A stretch of DNA of 64,000 nucleotides from Curvularia clavata (Eukaryota). The stretch's first letter is position 1, and each line of letters begins with the position of its first letter. The DNA lies in assembly GCA_023920165.1 (NCBI GenBank), contig CP089278.1, forward strand, positions 682,001 to 746,000, given 5' to 3'. A program made the position numbers and the translations under genes. The notes beneath the pieces are model-generated. The model had not been told where the DNA came from. It worked only from the letters and a program-made list of their open reading frames with translations, and did no database searches. Below, in pieces: positions 25,197 through 38,460 of this stretch.

Positions 25197-26807
25197 GATA
25201 CTAAAAGAGATCGCAGTTGTATATCGGAGATACAATACTATTCTCGGTGGGTGTTATGCGGATGTAAAAATAATGCTTTTAAATCATAAGGAAGTCGATA
25301 AAAGTGCAATAAGTGAGCGGAGGATTTAGAAGATGGTCAAGGAATTCGCAATCCGTGTCATCATCAGAATGGTCGAGACAGAATTTCAGATGATGCATCC
25401 GCTTCGATGGAGTAAGGAAGGCATTGCAGCTGTCTTGATGATATGGGGGACGCTCCTCTAAGGCGGCCAGGCATATAGATGCTTCACCTGCAACAGATCC
25501 AGGGTCCAAAAACAGCGCAGTGGACTAGCGGTCCGAGAATATCTCATCATGTCTTCTCTAGTACTTTTCCGCCGAACGACATCCTTGGCAGTTGTTTCTG
25601 CCCCCATGACACTGCTGTTAACAAGTACTAACGCGACGCACTCAAATGCCCTTCCCACGAACCAAACACGCGTACCTGATTGTCCGTCCTGTTGTGCAAT
25701 GATAAGCACAGAAGCGAATCAAGAGTGTTGCGGGATGAGCTAATTCTGGAGCAATTAAGCGCTCGCGATAGGTTGCCTATGCCAGTAACGGGTTGTGTGG
25801 CTGACATCCAGGCCGGGTTCGCGCATTAGTTCAAGGCGCCATCCTGCCACACCCGTCGGGGTAGTAGCGCACTAACGACTGCAAGCAGTATCCACAAAAC
25901 CAAGCTGAGTGGGTTCCGTATTCTGCCTGCAGGACAGGAATGGGCGGAGGCGAAAATCTGCGCCGATCATCAGGTGAACCATATGATAGTTGAGTCAAAC
26001 AGCTCAGCCTCGGCAACAAAGATTGGTGGCTGCGCCTGCGATAGGTATCTCCTTTCGCATTTCCAACGCAGTGCTTGAACTGAGGGATGTGACGTACAGA
26101 GCGAGGCCAGCTCGCTGCACCTCGATCCCATGAGAATCGTGGTGCTGTGTTTAGATGCTGGCCAGGTAGGATAAGTATCTTTTCTTAGACCCGGCTGCGG
26201 ATTTCATCCCTGCCCCGGCAATTTCAACCATGTCGGCCACGAAGCGAACGGATCAACGTTTCTAGACACCCGGTAAGCGGGGACTCGTTGGAGCTAACTA
26301 CGGTATCTATTCTTGCATTTACCCCGTCGCGAAGCTGGTGGCAGCTTCCAAATCTGAAGGGCATTGGCCTAAGGAGCGCTTCGAAGAGGAGAAGAATGTG
26401 TTTGATACGTGCGCGCGTTTGAACACGTTAAGATGGAAAGAGAGATGAAGATGTGGTCAAATGAAGATTAAGATGGAAAGGCCGTGTGAGCACTGGGAAA
26501 CCTCGTACAGTGAAGGGGAAAGAACTCGCCTCTTAGCTTCAATGGGGTTGGGACAACGTTCCGCACAAAATCGCAAACACAACACACAACACACAACACA
26601 ATCTCCAATCGACACGACCCGAGGTTGGACGCAATACCATCTGACTGATGCGACATTCAAGGAAAGCGAACCAATACTGAGAAGCTGATGGAGATGATGC
26701 TAATGCCTTTGCCTAGAACATCCTCGAATCCCGAGTGTTCCTCGCAACACCGTCGGCCCACTCTTCACACGCAGCATTGACGAGCAACCCACGTCAAGGC
26801 CGTAGAA

Positions 26808-28454
26808 TGCACATGTACCTAGCATTTGTCGTCTCATGGCTCTGGATGTCACAGCGGGCGGAAATTCGTCTGACCCGTGCGAGGCAGTTCACTGCTCCAA
26901 CTATCCATCTGATATCTCCCATACCAAAGGTTTCAAGGTATTATCCATCCATAGCAATATCAACTCAGAGTACACAACCGCGTGTTTATGTACTCTCACG
27001 GTCAATATTACGCACCTCAACGCCTGCGACAACGTCTTCATGCGATTCGATCTTCTAAGCAAAGGTCGGAACGAACGATTTGCAGGAATGGGTGAAGGCG
27101 ACTTTGCTGTCGGCCGCTTCGATCACTGAGATTTACTCGAAATTGGCTTCGCTGTCGGCTGTTCCGATGGTGGTCATTCATTTGAAGACTATGGAGATAT
27201 ATCTTGGGCGCTGTACGAGAACAGAACAGTGAACTGGAATCTCTTAGATAACTTCGCCCACTGTAGCCTTGTCGACTTGATCAACGTTGGCAAAAGCATC
27301 AACACACAGTTTTATTAAAGGAGTCCCAGTCATACATACTGGGTCGGTTGCTCGAATGGAGGTCGACAAGGTTACATGATTGCGCAGCGATCTCCTGGGC
27401 TCGTGGATGGAATCCTGGCGAATGTGCCTGCCATCAGCATAGAGCGCCTCGTCATGCTCGGCTTCTGGCCACAGCTCTTGATGCAGGAAAAGAGCGTCTT
27501 TCCCTTAAATTGCGAGCTCGACTTTGCCAGGGCGAAGGCCATTGAACACTGTGACCGCCTCGACCACGTGTGTGACGGCTTACTGGAAGCTCCACAGCAA
27601 TGCGACTTTGACCCCTTGACCCTTGTGGGTCAGCAAGTGCCCAACTGCATGTCCGACGTTTCCGTCACTTTTTCGGAAGACGTGGCTCAGCTCGTCGCCG
27701 ATTTCCATAAAGAAATAGAGTGGGGCCTGGAGCCGGACACGGTCACAAGAGGTGCCTGAGGCACCAACATGACGCTCCTTGCAAACATCACAATCTCGAA
27801 TGGCTCGCGTTCCATTGCGCCACACCTCCTACTGCTAGCTGGGTGAAGAACACCATGTTTCGGGACCCCAATCACAACCTGTTCCCTGGATGTAGAAACG
27901 AGTTCTGGGATCGCTACCGCAAAACCCTCTCAAAGTTCGGGAGCCTTTTGAACTCCGATAACCCAGATCTTTCTGCCCTCCGCGACTCTGGTACCAAGAT
28001 GCTGACCTTCCGTGGACTCGAAGATCCCAACGTCCCTTACGAAAACACCATAGAGTACCGAAATCGGGTTGACAGGATCATGGGTGGTTCAGACAAACTG
28101 AACAAGTATTACCGCCTCTTTCTCGGTCCCGGGGTCCTGCACTGCCGCTGTGGGAGTGATCCTGAACCAAGCACACTGACGTACATGGATGCTCTGATGA
28201 CTTGGGTGGAAAAGGGCATACCGCCCCAGAACTTCCGAGCAGACAGGGAGTGCACCCCAAGTTTAGATAACCACACCCGTACCATGCGCTGTCCAGACGG
28301 GCAATTGACAAGAGATCTTTGTCTTTGGCCCACAAAACAAATGTACATAGGGGAGATCCAGGGCATGCCTCAAGCAGGACTTGTATCGATAGGGCGAAGG
28401 GGTCACACGAGACCATCAACCGCACACAGCCAGACTTTGCGCAACGCTTGGTAG
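26808..28454 (+). pseudogene. Tannase/feruloyl esterase family pseudogene
   Basis: Family motifs present: SDGGH, YWVGCSNGGRQG (nucleophile), DGILANVPAI, NSDNPDLS, YYRLFLGPGVLHC. In-frame stops at 27127-27129, 27316-27318 and 27757-27759, plus frameshifts near 26835, 27825 and 28355. Confidence 0.85.
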
Positions 28455-29603
28455 CTGATTTGCTGGCCGGCGATTTTGGACCGATGTGAAATGGAGGGTC
28501 CACAGGTTTACATACGTGGTATGCAAATCGCACTGACATATCACCACCTGGATCGGCAACCCCCTTTCCCGTACCCTTGACGCCTATCGCGCGATAATCT
28601 CGGTATGACTATTGATCGCCCCAACGCTGGGACTCTTCTTTTCCTGTTTCAAAGACATGGCTATCCACGACTTTCGTAGCTTTAGTACCAGCAATGTAAT
28701 ATCGTGCGCTTGGCGAGTTTTTTGATTGGGCTCTGTTGTCACCAGCCCTGTTGCCTGTGCACTCTTAGCATGACTGTCGGGCCGGAAGCAGCCCCAACGG
28801 TCAGTTGGCTGTGAACTTGGTGCCCGAAAAGACATGGCCATGTTCAACAACAAGCCCGATGGATCAGGTTGTCGAGTGGTTGCCCAGGCGAATCTGATTT
28901 ATGATACGAGAGGGAAAAGCATGTGCAGCCCGACTTTCTCAGCAGTTAGTACGCTACCTAGGTATTGCACCTGCTAACAGGCCTAATGCAGCATAACGCT
29001 ACTGCTTCAACCACGTTTCGTGACTCGGTCCGGACGGCGACTCCCGTGGTCCTGGGACCTTTTGGGTTGTCCAGCTATACATTCGTCACCATTTTGGGAC
29101 ACGCACACCACTGTTCCAATCTTGAAACGCACTGATCTTCGACAACCCCTGTCAACGCGATACCTTGGGCGGCAATGGTGGGATCCGGGACCACACTACG
29201 CTAATCATCAGCCACACAAGGCGAAAAACAAACGAAACATAATGCTTGCTGAAAGCTTAGCAAGCCTTCTGAGCCCTCTGGTTCGTGGTCAGCATGACGA
29301 AGCTCGTGGGCCCGACATGTCTTAAGTCTTGGGTACGGGCCTGTCCAAGCCCCTTGGCAAAGCAAAAACAACACACTGACAGCCTCGAGTCGTTGCTGCT
29401 GTTGTATGGGTGTCACGGCTTAAAGCTGGGGTGTGCCTCAACAACACCTAAAAATGTAGGGGACGTCCGTCATACTCATGTATTTGTTGCTCTCTGCAAC
29501 GGTCACTCACTTTGTATTATTTAACCTTTTTCCCCACATTTCCCTTTCACTTTTCAGTCTTTGGTTTCATTAATATCTCTAATACACTGTTCATTTGCCC
29601 GTT

Positions 29604-30680
29604 ATGAACGCCTCAGCAACCTTACGGGCCTCATATGTCCGCCAGGCGCGGACAAGCATCATCGGCCACCTTGTCGTGGCACTACGACCTCGTTCTGCTG
29701 ACCAGAACAAACTCCAAAGCATCGTTCGTGTCGACCATATCGATTATCGTCAGCAATGCGATCGAGAGCGGACCGGGCAACCCGTACTCTTCGATGTCGA
29801 AAAAGATGCCATCACCAAGGAAACATGTGTCGATGATAGATATCTTGGTCGTTCTGACACCGAATCTATCATGGAATGGGAGGAAGACAACTCCATCCGT
29901 GTGCGGCTGAAAAAGATGTTCACTGTCTTTCCCTACCGAGACCCCATCTACCTCGTGGCCATCATCTTCCTCTTCGGCTCCATCACCCTTGTCATCAGCG
30001 CGTTGTTCGAGCTGCTTCCCCTCCTCACACCCGCCTCTTTTGAAGAAGCCCAGGAGGAGATCGCAATCCCCATCACCATCCTTCTTGGATCCATCCTCTT
30101 CCTCGTGGCCGGCATCTTCGATACCTTCGGTGCACTCAACGCTGACCGCGGCACAATCGGCACTTCGAAATCTAACCCAACAAAAGTCCGGTACCGACCT
30201 GCTCTCGTCGGCACTCCCGAGTTCCGATGGATACCCTCTTCGGAGAAAATGTGGGATCTCACGATGAACAGTCTGGCGTTTCAAGCAGGCCTGCTTGTTC
30301 TCTTCGGAGGCGTCATCTTCGTCTTCGCCGGGATCGTCGACTTCCCCGGTATCGTGTCTCAGGAAGATCCATTGTTTTCTTCCATTGTTTTTGGGCCGCA
30401 GGTTGTGCACGGGTTGATTTTCTTTGTTGCGAATGCCATGCTCGCTTATTCGGAGCAGGAGCGATGGTACAAGCCAAAGTTCACCGACCCCGATTGGCTG
30501 AGCGCCATTTTCAATACGATAGGTGGGCTTTTATTCATGATTGCAGGGATTTTCATGTTTACAAGGGGTCAATACGGTAGCCAAGGGGAGCTGCAAGGTG
30601 CGATCGCTGCAATGGTGGGCAGTTTGGCGTTCCTCATTGGGAGCATTGTGCGTTGGTATGTTGTTTTGGAGGTGTGGTAA
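29604..30680 (+). CDS. Multi-pass integral membrane protein of an uncharacterised fungal family (YrhK-like repeats)
   Basis: Intact ORF with ~6 hydrophobic segments; FPYRDPIYLVAIIFLFGS, IGGLLFMIAG and GSLAFLIGS motifs. Confidence 0.75.
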   Translation: MNASATLRASYVRQARTSIIGHLVVALRPRSADQNKLQSIVRVDHIDYRQQCDRERTGQPVLFDVEKDAITKETCVDDRYLGRSDTESIMEWEEDNSIRVRLKKMFTVFPYRDPIYLVAIIFLFGSITLVISALFELLPLLTPASFEEAQEEIAIPITILLGSILFLVAGIFDTFGALNADRGTIGTSKSNPTKVRYRPALVGTPEFRWIPSSEKMWDLTMNSLAFQAGLLVLFGGVIFVFAGIVDFPGIVSQEDPLFSSIVFGPQVVHGLIFFVANAMLAYSEQERWYKPKFTDPDWLSAIFNTIGGLLFMIAGIFMFTRGQYGSQGELQGAIAAMVGSLAFLIGSIVRWYVVLEVW

Positions 30681-32058
30681 ATGCTTTTTTTGTTTGGGCT
30701 TTCTTACGCTCCTTTGTTTTTTAGCCAGGCGTTCCTGGTGTTCTTGATCTGTATTGTTTTTTCTTGGGACTGGGAGCGATACCTTTCGGAATATCCGTTT
30801 AATGATTTCTTTCACGCAGCGGACAGACTTTCGTTTGTTCACTTAGGTACATGTGAGGAGAAAAGTTTGTTTAGGAGGTAAAATTGTCTTATTGAGGCGC
30901 ATGTCTTGGAGTTGTCTTGGGATGTGGCGGAAGGGCAAGCCACGGCTGGGTCAAATTGTTAGTGTAGATGTACCTCATAGTCACACTTCTTGGCGAATGA
31001 TTCATTATGAAGTGCATGGTTAGAGACCTGTTATTCCGTGTTGTATATATTTTATACATAGTAAAAGGTATTCTCATTATATACACAACATTTGCTACGT
31101 TGAACACTAGCGCAACAATATATCGGAGTCACTAAATGAACCAAGTTTGGGAAACATGCACTGGTCAGTTGGAATTTCTTAAACCTGATGATGACGATCA
31201 ATAACATCTTATCATTTGTCAGTATATAATATTCCACCAGCGCACACAAGATAATTCGTCCAAATTGGTACCCTACCGTTCAGAGACCTGTCCAAGACAC
31301 TGGCGTACGGCCACAGTTATCGGTCTATGTATACTTCATCGACGGCTTGCACTGCATCCTGTCAGCGAGGGTAGGCCCTTCTCGGCACACAGAGTTCAGC
31401 GTCATTTGTCATGCCCTAAGAGACAAACAATGTGTTTTTTCCTACCGCATGGAGCAATACCGAGACTGTGTGGTAGTCATGCAAATTTCCCATTCACAGT
31501 CACCTTCACTTGCCAGGCTTCTACAGACTGCTACAACACTGACAAGGTATCATGGCGCCGCGTTAGCTTTGATAAACGCTACCACTTGTAAGTGCAGTTT
31601 GTCATTCCTCCAGCCAATATAGTACGGCACTCGGGTACCAGTCAAAACAAGTATGCGACTTCATCACAAACCGAGTCTCGTCCTGCTACGGCAGCTAGTA
31701 AGCCCAACAGGACTGCCTCAGCCCGCGTTGACGAGATGCTTGTCCATTCACTCACTAGCTATGACCATATTTAGGGTAAGGACGTGCGACGTAACCTTTG
31801 GTGGGTGCTCATTCACTTGCACCGTCGCGAAAATTGTAAGTGAGCACCTTTCTTAGATGTTTACACTGGCGTCTCTCAAATTACGCACTGTCAACTCACA
31901 AACACTATCAGCTTACAAACATTGTGAACACACAAACCCTGTGGACCAACAAACACTGCCGAGTCACAGCCTTTGTTAAAGAACCATCGCTCCTTACTTA
32001 ATTACCACCCTTCGTCTCAAACCACATCTTCAGATTCTAAATTCCAAAACACATCATC

Positions 32059-33395
32059 ATGTTGCGAGCTGAAACACTTATTCTCGTATCGCTTTTCGGA
32101 GGTGTGAAATTATGGGACATGGGCGTACCAAGTCCCGAAACCTACACTTCGCTCGCTGGAGTGGCTTACAAGTGGCTCATGGTCATGGGATCTCCAGAAG
32201 TTTATTACCTTCAAGACCCTAGTATCAGGTCGGACCCTGCGAACTTCTTGAAGCAAGAAGTTACTCTCGATATCGCCAAGATTACGGAAGTTCCCATCAT
32301 CACCAAGTCTACCCTTCCGATTAAACCTACAACAAGCGCTAATGAAGACGAGTCTGAAACACAAGGTTCTCGGGAGAGATATCCCGAGATTGACTTCTCC
32401 GAATACTTTGTCGACCTCATCGATCACTTTTTCATGGGTTTGGTGCTTTTGATACATGTAGTCCTTTATTGCACCATCATCAAGCCGATCTATTTCGTCC
32501 TGTCCCATTTCACGGATCCCGGTCATATTGGAGAGTAAGTGAAAGTCTTGCTCCATCGTCGATGAACTGCATTGGCTAACTTTCTAACAGATTCTATGAT
32601 TTGCTCGACCTTATTGCTGCGTACAAGTACGCGGTATTCTTCTGGCTCGCCCTCGTCCTGTACCATCCTGTAAAGTCTTTCATGGAGTCTTTCCTTACCA
32701 TCGTCGAACCTAAGGAGGAGCTTAGGGTCAGATTGCGCATGGTTGAGGACAAGACTCATGGCCACAGAACACTCTTGGAGGCTCTTGATCATGATATGAG
32801 AATGTGTGAGGCAGATCTCGGCCACCTTGGGAACAGGATGTACGATTCCGAGGAAAATCTCAAAAGTCTTGCGCTTTTCATTGAGCAACAGGCCATGCCA
32901 ATGGTTCTCGAGCTCGTCAGGTTTGAAATAACCAAACTCGCCGAAAAGTTCAACCAAGAAGCAAAAGGTTTCACCTACCGCACTCAGTGTCACGAATCCG
33001 AACTCAAGGCCCTGATAGCCTCAAGTCATGCCATAGATGAAGAGATCAAGGCACTCAAGGCCGCACTCGTTCATCTGCAAGGTTCTCAACCAACGGAGAG
33101 GATTCGCCGCAGTGGAAACCCGGCTGCTCCCTCACCTCTGCGTCGTACACAAAAGATGCGCCATGATGTTCCTGGCGGGTACCCTAATAGCACTACTAGT
33201 GCTTCCCCTGGTAGCCTCACTTTTAGCAGTTCTCCTGGTAGCTTCGCTTTTAGTGCTGCTCCTGTTGATTTCACTGCTGGTGGCTTCGCTGGTGGCTTCA
33301 CTGCTGGTGGCTCCGCTCCCAGTGACACCGCTTCAAGTGGCTCCACACCCAATAAGCCCATTTCAACCAGCCTCATTCCTCTGAAAAGGCAATAA
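32059..33395 (+). CDS. Orphan-like membrane-anchored coiled-coil protein with a low-complexity Phe/Gly/Ser C-tail
   Basis: Exon 32059-32534, intron 32535-32590 (GTAAGT...CTAAC...CAG), exon 32591-33395 in frame. Two hydrophobic segments flank the splice, then a heptad-rich region. Confidence 0.7.
33207..33314 (+). repeat. Imperfect 27-bp coding tandem repeat x4
   Basis: cctggtagcctcacttttagcagttct / cctggtagcttcgcttttagtgctgct / cctgttgatttcactgctggtggcttc / gctggtggcttcactgctggtggctcc encode PGSLTFSSS PGSFAFSAA PVDFTAGGF AGGFTAGGS. Confidence 0.75.
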
Positions 33396-34587
33396 TGGAT
33401 CTTGTCTGATTCTTTCCTGTTCAGAGCCTACGTATCGCACTTCCGGCCGGTGCCTTCCGCGGTCATCTCTCTCACTATTTGGATTGTTATGGTGTTTCAT
33501 ATCTGCATCTTGCGATAATTGTAGTTCTATATGGTAGTATAAATGATGGTGTTTGGCGTTTACCTTATCTTCTTGCCTTTTTTAGTCGTCTTCTCGTACA
33601 TTTGCTCTTTCAGCGCTTCAACTGGTACATATACTTCTCAATGAAGACTCATATCAGTAGACACCTAGGAGATTATAGAAACCTCAGTCTGCAGCCGCTA
33701 TTGAGAGATGTTTTTCTAATCGTAGTATGTATCAGTAAAGCCGTTATCCGCATTCCACAGTCCGCAATTCGCGATCGCAGATGTGTAAAATGCTCCGATG
33801 AGAGAGAAAATTTCGTTCGAAGCTCTCCATTGACTAAAACTGCAAAGACATTGAGTAAAGTCTGTCCCTACTCTGCTAAGGTGATAAAGCCAAACAACAC
33901 GCCCAAACCCTCAACAAAGCGAGGAGACTGAACAAGCTCAATTGGCCAATGAGCAGCTAGAAATCAGCACTGATTCAATCCCTCAAAAGCCACAACAGAA
34001 GCCTTTGAAAGGCCAGGATCGCAAAGACCCTAAGGAAGTTCATGAAATTAATAAAGTTGACTTAGCTATTGCATCAGGTGCTCTCCCTGGAAGGCAAATA
34101 GCTCTACTAGAACGCATTAGACGGCCAATCTGATACTAGCAATCGTTTCGCACGGATCAATCTGCATGCCCTGCAAGTGTTTAGAATATGTTGTTCATTA
34201 TTAGCCTTTAAGTAGTTGAGCGTTGGCCGAGGATGGACATCACCTAATAAAACACAGTAGCAGCCACTGTTGACTGTCGAATCATACATTGCTCAAGCGG
34301 CAGTAGTGTCAGCAATGTGGCGTATGGCGGTAGCTCAGCCTCTCTATGATAAAATTACCACTCCTGCCTCTAGTGGTCACTAGCGCATGGAAAGACCAGT
34401 CGAGCTGAATGAGCCAAGCAAAATATGAGCCCCATGCGCAATGGAAGGAAAGACTAACGGCGCCTTCAATACACTATACTGCATTTGTCAGGAACAAAGG
34501 GGCCCCAAATGTTGGGGGCATAATAAGATCATTCGGTCCTGTGCCAGAAGTTCCATTTTGTTCAGTTATTCTGGCATCTTCGACATC

Positions 34588-35945
34588 ATGCGCTATCTTA
34601 ATTGGCATGCGCTCTCAGCAATTCTCTACGTACAAAACGCTCTATGCGTTCCGGCAGAGCAGCGCCCGGGGTTGGCCAAACGGCCAAACGGTTCATTCCC
34701 ATTCTGCTCTGATCCCGCTGTGGTTAACGTTCGAAATGCGATCCTTGGTCGTGATCGTCTGGAGCCCTCATATTGTTATTCGTTCCTCAATGTTCCAACC
34801 ACGACCAGTAAGTTGAGACAGCTGATTACCAGAATATACAGTAACGATAAATAGGCACTATGTTTCAGACATCTCTAACAACAACCATGCCTGTGACGAC
34901 TACTTCGGCAACAGTAAGGTGACCTAGCATAGCGATGAAAGTACTAAGCTAACCCGTTTTAGCTTCCGGCTGCAATTGTAATTGCTTTCACAACTACAAC
35001 TACAAGTAGTACCACAGTCACTACATCCACAGCAACAGTGACTACCACGTATGTTTAAAAAGCAACACCCGGTTTGTCGCCCTACTAATTTCTCACTGTA
35101 GTACAACGACCACTAATGACGCGGCACCTACGAAAATGCGCCGTCAAGTGAATACAGCAAGAAAGGAACCGGGACGTAACAAGGATTGCAGCTCTGCGTC
35201 GGACAATGATGTCAAATCTCGAGCTTGCAGCTGCATCCTTGGAGCATCACCGACCGTAACTGTCCTAACAACTGCTACTACATCAAGTACAGTCACCATT
35301 CACAGCATAGTTACAATAACAGCAACCTTGCCGGACGTGACAGAGTCAAGAACAATAACCACAACCTCACTTGAAACAAAAACTTCGATATCAACGTTAA
35401 CTGTCACCGTGACATCGACTACATCTTCGCCACCCAGTCTCAAGACTTGCGGATTCGGGACAGCTTTCGGTTATGAAAATCCCGTCGCTGGCGTCCAGAA
35501 GTCCATCCCTCTGAACACCCAGTCAGGATCGGGTTGCAATAGGTGGGGTTGGTATGAGACACCTACAGTTGCAGAACTGCAGGGTGGCATATCGGGTCCA
35601 CTTTATGTCGGTGCTGGCGGTAACGATGTTAGCCAAGCCATTGATGCTGGCATCTGGGTTGCCACAGCTAACGCTCAAGGAAGAGTTACAGTCACATACC
35701 TCCTCAACCCACCATACACGCTTGCAGCTGTTCACGTTCAGCTCGCCTGCCTCCCGATCAACGACTGCAACCAAGACCAGTATACCTACAACGCTGGAGC
35801 GATCCCTAATCTACCTACTTGGAGCAATCCTACTCCGCTTGTATATCCAACATGTAGCGGCGGTTCAAGGGCTTACCTTATTATATCTGCTAGTCTAAAC
35901 GTACTGACGGTCACGAAAGCTTGTCCACCGCCGAAAGCTGTGTAG
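34588..35945 (+). CDS. Secreted protein: small Cys-containing N-domain, Thr-rich stalks, C-terminal RWGWY...YVGAGGND domain
   Basis: Signal peptide MRYLNWHALSAILYVQNALC. Exons 34588-34807, 34855-34913, 34963-35048, 35102-35945 splice in frame. Confidence 0.75.
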
Positions 35946-36146
35946 GCAGTGTGAAATATCACAGGGCATCTAATGATGCAGGGCAAGACCTTGTTGGGAA
36001 TGGCGTCAACCTGCAGTCCGCCTTGTTATCATTTAGCCCTGGTTGTATCTGTATATCTCTGCACCAATCCAATTCTTCGATTCAAAACCATCGCTCAACA
36101 TTCCTGAAATATTATCCAAGAGCGACATGCCAACCACAGATCTAAC

Positions 36147-36842
36147 CTATACTCCTGCATCGGCGTCCTTGGCTGTGCCAAAAAATTTCTCGGTATTGAA
36201 CTCAGCAACTTGCAAGGCTTCTTCTGCACGCTTGACCAGTTGATTCAATACGAAGAACGTCACCTCTAACTCGATCGCACAGATCAGTAGGAAGCACGTG
36301 TAACTTGCAATGTAGACTTTCAGACACAGAGGTACGTTCTGGGTGACATCCAGTAGCAGCACAACGCTATTCGCTGTTATCAGCATTTGAGTGTGGTCGC
36401 GTCCTGTCTTTGCAAACGCTCATTGGCAAAAGCCTCCGAGGATTTCGTATGTATCCAGTAGAGATAGACGTATGCAACCAAAAGTACCAAGTCTTGCAGA
36501 GTGAACATGACGTCTAGCCATGAGATATATTGCATTATGCGTCTCGCGAGTAGGAATTTGTTGATCCATATTCTGGTCGCTTGAACGAAGGAGATTGTGT
36601 GTCCGAAAAACTACGATCATACCGACCAACTATCGTAAAACCACAGTGTTTTTGGTGCCAAGATGAGAGTAGGAGTACAAAATCATTCCGAGTCCGGTCA
36701 AGATGAAAATCTGGGGAAAGTTGTAAGCCACTGAGAAAGCAGGGCGTTGAACTAGAATGATAAAACTTCGGAGCCAGAGTATCATCATAGACATTAAAAT
36801 GCCCACAGCAGCGACAATGAAAACCATTAATAATTTTAGCAT
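36147..36842 (-). pseudogene. Probable membrane-protein pseudogene
   Basis: ORFs 36630-36842, 36420-36629 and 36147-36386 are one reading frame broken by two stops, with several hydrophobic segments. An orphan branch/acceptor (GCTGATAACAG, ~36375) has no GT donor nearby; ATGAGC at ~36423 could be a mutated GTGAGC. Confidence 0.4.
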
Positions 36843-38460
36843 AAAAAGCCACGATGTATATGGTTCTGGACTTAGCAGAAATGGAACGTATCTTTGCGTT
36901 TGAAGCGCTGTATTATACGACTGAAAACTATAATGCTAGCTGTGCAGCGACTGTACTCGCCGCCGCATGAAGACATAAGATAGAGGCACTTCATGGTACG
37001 TGATAGCCGTAGTCGTTGAAGTTGGATGAGATGTTTTGCCAATCGCAAGTTGCAACGGCATGTGACCACATAGGTCATTAGCGTTCGGGACACTCATTTT
37101 CGCACAGTACTGGGAACGGAGAAGCCACGGTAATGCTGTGCGGAATGCGTGTCGAAAATTTTGCGTGGATAGTGAGATAGCACACGAGTTGCAGTTGGAC
37201 TCTATTTGATTCATCTTCGTTCATATCCTTCATACCTTGAATCGAGATATGCACCTCCACCGAAAACATTTGAATCTGCCACCTGAATCCCAAATTTAAT
37301 AGCAACAATGGAACTCAGGACGAAAGCTACCAGTGCGCCTGCATTCTACAAAAAAAGAGAAACTAAATTCAACACTTCCCCAAGTACAAGAAAGCCGAGA
37401 CATGACCAAAGTGACCCTTAGCTTGACCCTGTACATATTCGCTACCGAAAACTTCCACGCGCACTCGAAAACTACACTCTACACCACAAAATGCCTGAGA
37501 TAGATCCTGAGGCCTAACAAGCTTGAAACCAGGAGTGCATTGACTCTGCTTTGAAAAATTGTTTGCGACGAACAGGCACGTTTCGATACACAAGGCTGAG
37601 AAGTAAAAGCGTTGCAGTGGCCATGTCCGAAATATCCGATAAGCAAGTCACGCCACTAAATCAAGGTCGACAGGTTCGTGCCCTGTTTCAAGCATGACCT
37701 GTAGCTTGGTCGTTGTCTTCACCTTGGCTTCTCATTTCGACGAGTCTAAATGCAGCTGTAGTAATGGAGGTTGCGCATGTTGCTGCCCAGGGCAGATGAG
37801 GACTCAGAGGACCATTCGAAAAACCTGTTCCGTCGCAGCAGTATGGAAGAGTGCACGCATGTAGGCAGATGTGGCCAGCGTTTAGTTTTAGATTTATCAC
37901 GATGATTCTGTAGTGGTGACCCTCTTAGTACCAAAGTGACCGGTTGTCCTCTACGCGCAGTTAAGGCTCCGCCTATGTGTAGTCGCTTGCTTTCGCTGCA
38001 ATGATCTGAACTCTCCTCGCTTAGCGGTACGTTTTCCTGAGAGCTTAGTTAGTGGTGACTGACCTATGTTAACTCTACGAACAAACATGAGGCAAGCGGT
38101 CTGCACATTCCAAACTGCCACCATAGTAGGAAAAGGGCCCACATCGACCACGGATATCTACGGTTGTAAGCAAAACCGGTTTTTCGATGTGCGCACATGG
38201 AATTTCAGCATCGCTACTTAAAGCTGGTGCTCAGCCACCCGCAATCATTTGTGGCTTAGGAGCGCGGCTTAGCCTTCGTCACGTGTTTCAGCCTTGTTGC
38301 TCAATATACAGCACTTAAGCTCGATTGTCGCCACGGTATTCCCTGGACTGAGGCGACCTGTGTCTACTAGAAAAAAACTCGATTTACAAAGTTCGAGGCA
38401 GAGTTGTTGATACTTTTGATAAACAGAAATCTTATTTCTAAAAATACCCACTAAAACAGC

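Noticed and set aside
26575..26600. Short (AACAC)n microsatellite-like run
   Set aside because: Only a few imperfect units; no evidence of function.
29682..30410. 242-aa antisense ORF, and similar ones at 53007-53657 and 6047-6583
   Set aside because: Shadow ORFs opposite well-supported genes, explained by codon bias.
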